A stretch of DNA of 64,000 nucleotides from Phyllobates terribilis (lineage: Eukaryota): NCBI RefSeq assembly GCF_046119375.1, contig NW_027362765.1, positions 170,252,001 to 170,316,000 on the forward strand, in the 5' to 3' direction. The notes below the pieces were generated by a model. It did not search any database, was not told the DNA's origin, and worked only from the letters and a program-made list of their open reading frames with translations. Below are positions 55,201 to 64,000 of this stretch, in pieces. The position numbers and the translations under genes are program-made. Each line of letters starts with the position of its first letter. Positions within the stretch are counted from its first letter, which is position 1.

Positions 55201-55743
55201 TCACATTCTACATACATATGTCAGAACATGAGTTATATATAGCCCCAGGCCAGTACGTCTTCTAGCAGCTGTACCATATAGTCAGCTCATTCATGTTACG
55301 GTCAATAAGTCAATAGCAACAACTGTTAGCGGTAGTCACTCAACATACTACAAGTATACATAATCAGGGGCGGAACCACAAGAGCGGCAATAATAAATGC
55401 AGTTATCCAGGCATCATAGGGAATGCTCTTTTAATTCCCCCTAGCCCCCTGATGAACCGGCATCTATAAGGGGAAACGCGTTGAGGTGAAACAATGTTTC
55501 CATGTTGATAACTGTGACAGTATCTTGGTATTGGTAACTATGGGGAATGTACCTATGTTTATACTAGTGGGACACATTGCAATAGGTTCATATCAAGAAC
55601 CAATATTTAGGACATGGTATTGGTAATTATGGGGAATGTATTTCACTTACATCAATATAGATGAGACCCATTCCTTTGCTTGGGATTATCAGTACAGGAC
55701 TAATATTTGGGATTTATCGGTGTTTATAATGTTCCATGGGTTA

Positions 55744-55805
<62 letters not shown>

Positions 55806-57951
55806 CATTAGGGTGCAACAATAGCCTTAGGAAACATCTAGGATGCCCCTTATGTCCTGTACCTTAAAGCCATTTGTCCTTTTGCATTCCATGGTTGTGT
55901 TTACCACACATATCTTGTTGGTGGATTAACTATTTGTTTGTACGTTTTTCCTTCATAGCATACTCTTGTTTGTACCTGCACATCATTTTTGGGAACAATA
56001 GTGTTTATAAGTGAAAGACAAGGCAGAGTGGGGATGGCATTCTTGCGTGGTTTATTCTGGGGGTGCCAACTTCCGCTGCCAGGCTGGATTGTATTTAGGG
56101 GTGTATAGGGGCATAGTATGTATCTGCTTAGTATCATTCCTATTGCCTTATAACCTTGAGGCAACTGCCTTCCATATTTGTTTTTATCATTATATGTGTG
56201 TTCTCTTTAGGTTTGCTGTATACTTTTAATGAATATTTAATAACATTTATCCTTTTGGGGAATTTTTTTCTATAAGACTGTTTTGTGGATTCTCTTGCGA
56301 ATATACATTACTGTTAATACAATATTAAAAACAGAATTGGTGCCCACTTTGTACTGATGGTGAAGGTTCTCTCTAGGAATTAGTGGCACTGTGGGGGCTG
56401 GCACAGTGCCAACATAGACATCCTAGGGAAGCTCTCCAATTTGCTAGTCTATAAAATACAATTGGCAAATTGATTTTCCTACCGTTGTCTTTAAAATTGA
56501 CAAGAGTGAATATTAAACCTGGCAACAATAAATTCATCCTATTGCCCCTAGAGTCAGATTAGATGAAATATTTTTTCAAGCCTTATTCATCACAGTAAAA
56601 CTTTCTTTGATCGCAAAAAGAGCTCACCTTTGATTTGACCAGAGCAGTGTAAAAAATGAAGGTGGCCCATCGCCCTTGGCCTTCTCTGCCAATTAAGCAG
56701 TACATTTTGCGGCAGATAATATTGTTGTGTGTCCAACATGCCATAGAGCTGGATATAGGGTTTGGTGGAAAGGGGTGTATTACAAGATTCATGGCTGATG
56801 CCAATTTTCACTATTCCATGATGACATGTGGATACATGGGCATCTTCTAGCCACTCTTTATATAGTTAACTGTTCACGAATGTCAGTTTTGTTATTTTTT
56901 TGCAAGAAATATGATTGTTTTCCATGGCTACCCTATATATATTTCGATACTAACTCATCGAGATATTAGTGTGACTCAAACCATCATGATGGCCTGACCA
57001 TACAGTAACATGTCATACATACTGACAGTAGACAACACTATTGTGATAGAGAGCTGTAAAAAAAAAAAAAAGCATGAAAAAAGATTTGGAGATGGAAAGA
57101 AAGGAAAAAGAGGGACCCCAACTTACCCTTACCCCACACAACCAGCGATCTCATGAACAGGCTCTACAATGCCCCATTGGATGGAGCGACGGCTGTACAT
57201 GCTCATCTCTGATCTATTGGACTGCTGGAATAAAACAAGCACTGTACTGCTCCACTAAGAGTATCTACAGATTTGGAGTACCAATAGGAGTCCCTCCAAA
57301 CCTCTGAATGGGGTACTTCTTAGCTTCAAACCACTAGATTCAGTGCTTTTTAGCAGCATTTGCATTTTCTATGGAAAACTATTGGTACCTGCTTTGAGTA
57401 TTTAGTCTTTCATCATATCAGAAACCTATGATCCTGCATTTGAGGTGGGCACCTTTACTCCTAGATAAGGTGAACAATGGAACTTCCACAATCTAAGACA
57501 CTCATAACACATTTTCATCTCCACAAAATCCTTAGTTGAAAGCTAGACAGTATATGTAGTCTGTCTTAGGAAAAACAGGCCCTATCTGCCTTAGTATAAA
57601 CTTAGCTGACATTGACATTGCATTGAATACTCTAGAAATGTCAGTACATGATAGAATTATGTTGCCTTGAAAAGTGCAGGAGTTCCAGGAAATTGTGACT
57701 TGTAGTACACCAACAACTACGCCGACTGAATTTCATGTGTGGTACATGCAATATTAGAATAAACATTAGTGGAACATATATGGTATCATACAAGAGACAG
57801 TAGAAGTATTTATAGGTATATATCACTATAGGTATGCATTATACAAAATCACCAATACTACCTAGTGTTACCTGATTAAAGGGCTCTTCTCTGGTGCCTC
57901 ATCATGACAGCAGCAACAAAGGAAGCGATAAAAGGTCCTCCGCTCTGCCAT
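49024..57951 (-). CDS. mreg-like: Melanoregulin-like protein (probable MREG paralog), 5 exons: complement(join(49024..49245,50861..51027,51623..51713,54893..55052,57872..57951)), 720 nt, 239 aa
   Basis: Exons of 80+160+91+167+222 nt join in frame with GT-AG sites (phases 2,0,1,0). Product: MAERRTFYRFLCCCCHDEAPEKSPLISDTLLYFAREVKRRRAEEANLWNEPQDVSHTERDDDRELYNLLQKRARTRRGSEGYRRLSFDIGAHRQIRKDVKDRWRALLENLGFHNEADSLLTVT...RYLFVLDRLIVLD...FYPP...NLIE. It is collinear with recalled human MREG motifs (CCCC, PEKEPLVS, NLWSMPHDVSHTEADDDRTLYNLI, LEDLGFQKEADSLL, ERYLFVVDRLIALD). Confidence 0.9.
50861..51027 (-). CDS. mreg-like: MREG-like exon 4
   Basis: 167 nt; acceptor ttctttcacactcag, donor CTG|gtaagt; GFHNEADSLLTVT...PERYLFVL. 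Confidence 0.92.
51623..51713 (-). CDS. mreg-like: MREG-like exon 3
   Basis: 91 nt; acceptor ccacctcttactcag, donor CTAG|gtgag; GYRRLSFDIGAHRQIRKDVKDRWRALLENL. Confidence 0.92.
52055..53956. mobile_element. 1.9-kb non-autonomous PIF/Harbinger-like element in MREG-like intron 2
   Basis: TIRs GGCTACATTCACACACTGCGTATTT / AAATACGCAGTGTGTGAACGTAGCC, preceded by TTA; internal direct repeat at about 52315-52400 and 52490-52560; no transposase. Confidence 0.72.
54893..55052 (-). CDS. mreg-like: MREG-like exon 2
   Basis: 160 nt; acceptor tatttgtattgtag, donor GAG|gtcagt; NLWNEPQDVSHTERDDDRELYNLL. Confidence 0.9.
55445..55487 (+). ncRNA. Degenerate minimal type I hammerhead ribozyme motif (Penelope-like element remnant)
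   Basis: cccc-CTGATGA-accggcatctataaggg-GAAA-CGCGT-T-gagg: both core boxes, palindromic ACGCGT stem III and an imperfect stem I. Confidence 0.5.
55747..55802. repeat. (GT)n microsatellite
   Basis: About 27 GT units. Confidence 0.95.
57872..57951 (-). CDS. mreg-like: MREG-like exon 1
   Basis: MAERRTFYRFLCCCCHDEAPEKSPLI-S; donor AG|gtaaca. Confidence 0.88.
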
Positions 57952-59062
57952 ACTGGGGGTCAGTACTGCATAGCATAGGAATGGTAGGATGGGGGTCTTA
58001 GCATGGGTGGTGTTAATATACAAAAAAATCACTGTAATTGGGATGAAAGAACAAGAGAGTCACATGGACAACTGCACAACTATAAGCCTCCAGCTAAGAA
58101 GCGTGATAAGTAGGGGTTGGCTATGAAGACATCTCCTATCATATTCCGGTATGAAGATGAAAAGTAGAGGAATATTTCATTTTGGAGACTATTGAGAGGG
58201 GTTAATCTGTGAGGTTTAGAGAGTCATTATAGGGGAAAAATCGTAATGTTGGGATCCCTTATATCTACAGAAAGGAGAGATATGCTATATTGTTACTTAG
58301 TGTTAGTTAGAATGAAAATAAGGTGCCCTAGTGAAGAGGTCTCATTGGGTATATCTGCCAATATATAAAACACAGGCATGCCACATCAGTTGGTCATCTT
58401 GGACAAGCAGAAATCAGATTGCTTGATACAAGGGGTACACAATCTGTGGCCTGGGGGGTTGTGTCCTGTCCCGTCTGTCAGAACACATACATGATTGTTT
58501 ATGCTTCAGTACTTTAGAAAGACAACCGCGTCCATATGATCCAGAGATTGTAGCAGGTCTCAAAACAACACAGGAGTGCTCAAGCAAGATCAGCATTGCT
58601 ATGCATGCTGCCAGAGATGGCAGCGATAGCAGTGGGCTGAAATGTCACTCGGCCACTGGCTATCTAATGTGTATGGTCAGCTTTAGCCTGTGGGCAAGTA
58701 AATAAAATTGACCCAAGAATAGCCATGAGTAGTTTACCTCTGTCTGCCTTATAACAGCAGAGGTAAGTAGGGTTAAATCTGGCCACCCCTGAAGATGTAG
58801 CTGGGGCTATTGTTATGTTGGAATTGAATGTCCCTGTGCAACCCCAAACTCACTACATACAGTAACAGAACCAAGCATACTACACAGATTCAGGATGTAG
58901 TGAGCTTGGTTCTGTTACTGTAACAGAACCAACCTCACTACATAGATACAGTAACAAGTTCACTACATAGATACAGCAACAGAACTATACTTCTTGCAGA
59001 TATACTGTAACAGAGCAATGTTTACAACATAGATTTGGTGACCAAAACAAGCTTGCTATATA

Positions 59063-59222
59063 CAGTGGTGTAAAAAAATGTTTGCTCTCTTCCTGATTTC
59101 TTATTCTTTTACATGTTTGTCACACTTAAATGTTTCAGATCACAAAACAAATTCAAATATTAGATAAAGGTAACACAAGTAACGACATACATAATGCCAT
59201 TTTTAAAGTAAGGTCTTTATTA
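59063..59222 (+). mobile_element. Tc1 family A left-TIR fragment
   Basis: TA-CAGTGGTGTAAAAAAATGTTTGC..., matching 15304-15470; stops at the TTAA where the next element begins. Confidence 0.8.
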
Positions 59223-59226
59223 TTAA

Positions 59227-60467
59227 CCCCTTAAGGACCCTGGGATTTTCCGTTTTTTGCTCCCCTTGTTCCCAGAGCCATAGCGTTATTTTTTGGTCAA
59301 TATGGCCATGTGAGGGCTTATTTTTTTGCGCGACAAGTTGTACTTTTGAACGACATTACTGGTTTTACCATATCGTGTACGGGAAAATGGGAAAAAAATT
59401 CCAAGTGCGGTGAAATTGCAAAAAAGTGCAATACCACAGATGTTTTTTTTTTTTTACCACGTTCACTGACTGCTAAAACTGACCTGCCATTCTTATTCTT
59501 CAGGTCATTACGAGTTTGTAGATACCAAACATGTATAGATTCTTTTTTATTTAAGTGGTGAAAAAAGATTCCAAAGTTTGCTTAAAAAAAAAAATAAATG
59601 GCGCCATTTTCCAAGACCCGTAGCGTCTCCATTTTTCAGGATCTGGGGCCGGGTGAGGGCTTATTTTTTGCACACCGAGCTGAAGTTTTTATTGATACCA
59701 TTTTGGGTTAGATCCGATGTTTCAATCGCCCGTTATTGCATTTTATTGCAATGTTGCGGCGACCGAAATATGTAATTCTGGCGTTTAGAATTTTTTTATC
59801 GTTACGCCATTTACCGTTCGGATTAATTCTTTTTCTATATTGATAGATCGGGCGATTCTGAACACGGCGATACCAAATATGTTTTTTTTTTTATTATTAT
59901 TTTATTTTGAATGGGGCGAAAGGGAGGTGATTTAAACTTTTATATATTTTTTAATATTTTTAAAAACATTTTTTTACACTTTTTGCTTGCTTCTATAGTC
60001 TCCATAGGAGACTAGAAGCAGCAACTGTCTGAACGCCTCTGCTACATAGAGGTGTTGAGCAGATCACCTCTATGTAGCAGAAATGTTCCTGTGCTATGAG
60101 CGCTGGCCACTAGGCGGCGCTCATAGCGATCAGTACATGACAACCACTGGAGTCTGCTGCAGACCCAGGGTTGTCATGCCCATCCATCAGTGACCCGCGA
60201 TCATGTGACGGGGTCACCGATAGGCGGGGCAAGTGACGCGCTTCTGGCGCGGCGCTGTTAAATGCTGCTGTCAGAGACTGACAGCGGCATTTAACATGTT
60301 AACAGCCGCGGGTGGATCGCGATTCCACCTGCGGCTGTTGCAGGCACATGTCAGTTGTATAAATCAGCTGGCAGGTGCCCGGTTCAGTGTGGGCTCAGCG
60401 CCGGAGCCCGCGCTGAACAGGGGGTGACAGCCTGGTGCGTACTATTACGCCCCAGGTTGTAAAAGGG
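59227..60467. mobile_element. Non-autonomous piggyBac-like element
   Basis: TTAA-CCCCTTAAGGACCCTGGG ... CCCAGGTTGTAAAAGGG-TTAA (TTAA TSD, CCC/GGG termini); non-coding. Confidence 0.75.
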
Positions 60468-61888
60468 TTAAGGACACTTCACAGAAAAGACCCCCATGAT
60501 AAAGGCAGGGGCAGCACAGGTTCAAAATACTGATATAATACCCACTCACCTCCTTTATCATGGGGGTCTGCTGCATCCTGCTAGTGCATTGGTAATCTGA
60601 CTTGGTTGATAAGGTTGTTTTCTTTTCTGTGATGTTTTTTGAATGTCTTTTTCTGTGAAGCATTTTTAATTTTAGAGTAGGGACTCGCAAGTATGAGGAC
60701 CCTTGACGTGGGTTGCGAACTTGCGTATTTTTGCCAAAATATCGACAAATACCTCATGTAATGTATTTATCTTATAAATTCTTTTTCTTTTTTTTTTGCA
60801 CATTTTCCATTTTTATGTAGGATGCAGCCGGGCCCTTTAGTGCTGGTTGGGAGAATTAGGGCGTCTGTCCTGTGGGTTGCACATGTGACACCCCAGGGGT
60901 CTGGTTGCCACAGTGATAGAGATATTACGTCTGAGAGCAGGTGGGAGGTCTCTTGGTCAGGGATCCTATGCATGCCACACCTCCTGCCCAGTCCTGGGAG
61001 GGGAAGGACTTCCCCTATATAAACCTAGGGCTGAGGCAGGGTTAGGGAGTAGAGAAGAAGTAGAGACAGAGAAGAGCAGCAGATATAGGAGAAGAACATC
61101 AGGAGCTCTGTGGGAGCAGTGCTATAAGGAGTCAGGGGCTGGCAGCTGCAGAGCTCGCCCTGACTGAGAAGCTATCACCGGACCCGGAGTCCGAGGCTGT
61201 GGGGACTAATCTTTACCCAGCAGCAGAAACCGCCCGGCAGGGGATTTCAGGTCCTCTGGCCAAGAAACCCGAAGGCACGGTCACACGCGTGGGACCAGCA
61301 CCGCCGTCATGGAGCGGAAGCCACTAGAAGGCCCCGAGTCACCGGCCATACGGGTGAGCACCACACGGTACACTCAGGGACGTGGGCTACTTATACCCGC
61401 CTCTAGCAAGGTAGCCAGAAGAGTACAGTCAGTTTGGGAGGCCTACAACTCCGCCTGGCCAGGGGAGATCCCATCTGCTCAAGGACTGACCAGGCCCCGA
61501 TCGCTAGCCAGTACTCCGGGAGGGTCTATCTTTATCACCAGTAAAGACCCTGAACTACACCGCATCGTCTCTGAGTGATTCCTGCTACCCCCATCATCCA
61601 CGTCGGCTGCCCTGAGGCCATACCCCTCCCGTTGGGGGTGATACTATCACGCTGCACAATCCTACCACCGGCCTCAGCGGTCTGCCCTGCAGCGGCAGCT
61701 CCTTCGCTGCATCCAACGGGTGGCGTAGTCGTCCAACATCTACCGCTAATACAACGCTACTTAGTCTGACTCCCTGGGCACGGACCGGGTCACCGCCACG
61801 AGACTACAACCCTCAACAGATCCGGCTCCGGGTAAGCTCCTGCATGCGCAACACTGTGCGACACAGGCCCAGGGGTGCGTCAACTTTT

Positions 61889-61906
61889 GGCGTAGTCGGC
61901 AGGATC
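61889..61906 (+). promoter_or_regulatory. Primer binding site complementary to tRNA-Ser (AGA/TGA type)
   Basis: TGGCGTAGTCGGCAGGAT is the reverse complement of ...ATCCTGCCGACTACG-CCA (vertebrate tRNA-Ser 3' end, from memory); 5 nt downstream of the LTR end. Confidence 0.88.
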
Positions 61907-62343
61907 TCGTGCCCGCAACCACCGGGTACTGCGTGCCTGAAAAAGACTGTTCAAACTTACCAGTGGTGAAGATTCCCGCCATCCGTGGAGGTTTCCCGCC
62001 ATCCGGCGCCATCTTCTACCTTCTTCCCGCCATCCGCGAAGTTTTCCCGCCATCCGGCGCCATCTTCTGCCTTCTTCCCGCCATCCGTGGAGTTTTCCCG
62101 CCGTTGGACGCCATCTTGAAGATGCCGCGCGGGAAGAAGAGGGGCGTGGACTCCGAAAGCGCGCGAGAACTGAAGCCCCGCCTCACGTCCGGACGTTGCG
62201 TAAGGTCCTGGAAGGAGCCCAACAGACGCCGACGTCACAGGAGCGCGACGGAAGGTCCTCAACCCTGACGATCCACTGCGGAGCCGCGGCCTACGGAAGA
62301 GGATCATCGCAAGGTAGGCCACGGTCCACTAGGGGGGAGGAAG

Positions 62344-63324
62344 ATGTCGGATACGGAGGAGAGCTTCACTGCCTCAACCCCCGCCAGCGTCACCGCTGCT
62401 GCAGTCATGCCTTTCACCATGCCCTATATCCCGGGAGCGGCCTGGCTACCCCAGTACTCAGGGGAGTCACATACCCTGCATGACTTTAGAGAAAAGCTGG
62501 ATAGCCTCTTCCAGGTGTATCCCCTCACAGAAGAGCAAAAAGTGAGCATCCTGGTGGCCCAATTAACCGGGGCAGCCCAAAGGGAGGTAAAGTCCTGGCC
62601 ACCTGGGGGGAGGACTGTTGCAGGGATACTAACCCGGCTGAGGGACACCTTTGATACCCGCACCTCAGCCGAGATCAAGCTTAGATTCTACGGGTGCAAG
62701 CAGCGAGCACACGAGAGTATAAGGGACTATGCACTGAACCTACAAGAGGCCCTGAGAGCCATTAAGCAGACCGACCCTGACGGCGTGGGAGACGAGGACA
62801 GGCTGTTGACTGAACAATTTATAGAGGGTTTATATTGCAATGCCCACCGAACCCAGTTGCGGGCAATGGCCTTACAGGACCCTCATCTGGGATTTGCACA
62901 GTTCAAGGACAGAGCCATCCGGGTGCTCCGAGAACCGGCACCAGGTGGCGTTGTGACCCACAGACGCCCCACTACCACTTACCACCAGGAGGCGGCGCCC
63001 TTGTCGGCAGGGCCTGTGGGAGCTGATGCGCAGGCTTTGAACAATGACCCGGCTCCAGACCTGCACCATCAGGTCCAAGAGCTAGCTAAAAGCGTTGCTG
63101 CGCTAACCCGAACTGTGCAGTCTTTACAGGTTTCCACTCCAGGGAAGATCCAGCTGGCATCCGGACCGGAGGACATCCCGTGGCGTCGACCAAGGAGGAC
63201 CCCACCGGCCAGATGAAGACCCAGCGACCGATACAACGAGGACGGACAACCCATCTGCCGCCGCTGCAATCAACCCGGACATATGGCAAGGTACTGTCCT
63301 TTAAACTGGCACAACCTGGGGTAG
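62344..63324 (+). pseudogene. Gypsy gag with an in-frame premature TGA at 63214-63216
   Basis: The 290-aa capsid-like ORF continues in frame past the TGA into CRRCNQPGHMARYC (CX2CX4HX4C) and ends at TAG 63322-63324. Confidence 0.88.
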
Positions 63325-64000
63325 AGGGCCAAACCCCAGGAAAAAGATCATCAGGCCCATCGAACTGGCGCGACAAATATGTGGGAGGACGTCCAGTCTT
63401 GCCTGTGGTACTGGATGGCATCCCCATGAGTGCCCTACTGGACACCGGGTCACAGGTTACCACTATCCCGTACGTGCTCTTCAAGCAGTACTGGAATGAC
63501 TCGGATATCACCCGCTACCCTGACGACGACTTGAGTATCATCGCCAGCAATGGTCAGCCCGTGCCACAGATTGGATTTAAAGAGGTGACCATTAAAATAG
63601 GTAGAGTCGAATTGGCGGCACAGGGACTGATCATTGTAGACATTGACAAGCACGAGAGTCACCCAAAGATAACTCTAGGAACTAATGTAATTGAAAATTG
63701 TCTTGCAGAGGTGATTTTCCTTTTACAGCAGGTTGCCAAGAACGCCAGCTCCGGCCAGCAGCGAGTGCTCCAGAAAGAGATCCGGGCACTGATGCGACGG
63801 CAACAGATAGAACTCTCCGGTGGTGAGATTGGTAGCGTAAGAATGTGTGACCCTTTCCCTATTGCCATGCCCCCAAAAAGTGAAATGATGATTTGGTGCC
63901 GGGCAGCTATTGGTCTGAGAGGTAGAGATTACCAGGCAATGGTAGAACCAGTTTACTCAGACAGTAGGCCCACCATTTTGACAGCACGGGGGGTGGTCAA
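63300..64000 (+). CDS. Gypsy pol N-terminus (aspartic protease), open to the window end
   Basis: The -1 frame from TTTAAAC reads FKLAQPG...DGIPMSALLDTGSQVTTIP...LGTNVIENC... with no stop to 64000; catalytic DTG at 63441-63449. Confidence 0.9.

Larger units (their letters stand above)
60884..64000 (+). mobile_element. Ty3/Gypsy LTR retrotransposon, 5' portion (LTR, PBS, gag, pro), truncated by the window edge
   Basis: 1000-bp LTR 60884-61883 (TGTGACACCCC...GGGGTGCGTCA), PBS 61889-61906, capsid-like gag from 62344, CCHC knuckle, and protease LLDTGS in the -1 frame. Confidence 0.95.

Noticed and set aside
56583-56850. Apparent exon or alternative first exon in MREG-like intron 1 (TATA-like CTATATAAAG, donor gtgag at 56627)
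   Set aside because: The two long open frames end in phase 0 and phase 1, but exon 2 needs phase 2. The phase-2 frame has no ATG after its last stop, and there is no MREG similarity. The true exon 1 was found at 57872-57951.
61909-62322. Overlapping 119-121 aa ORFs upstream of gag
   Set aside because: They arise from the GC-rich 51-bp leader repeat and show no recognisable domain.
45700-64000. STARD3 exons expected upstream of TCAP from human synteny
   Set aside because: No MENTAL or START domain-like translations were recognised. The coding exons here belong to the MREG-like gene; STARD3 may lie beyond the window.

Overview
Vertebrate genomic DNA, most likely an anuran amphibian (inferred from the repeat landscape and protein divergence). 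It is not prokaryotic: there is no CRISPR array, rRNA or tRNA gene. Three spliced minus-strand genes were rebuilt by hand from GT-AG junctions: PNMT (3 exons, 266 aa, 2919-7479), TCAP/telethonin (2 exons, 173 aa, 34923-35740) and a 5-exon, 239-aa melanoregulin (MREG)-like gene (49024-57951) that the ORF track shows only in fragments. The rest is repeat-rich. It includes a 5.5-kb 36-bp minisatellite just upstream of PNMT (the source of the giant spurious ORFs), nested Tc1/mariner elements, hAT, piggyBac-like, T2/Kolobok-like and Harbinger-like non-autonomous elements, an L2 LINE tail, two solo Gypsy LTRs and the 5' part of a Gypsy provirus running off the right edge. The best leads are the MREG paralog in the TCAP-PNMT block, PBS-like tRNA-Ser motifs inside all three LTRs that co-vary with the tRNA isoacceptor, a truncated TCAP duplicate, a 9.5-kb transposon pile-up nested in one 65-bp minisatellite, and minimal hammerhead-like motifs. 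All comparisons to reference proteins and tRNAs are from memory and were not database-checked.
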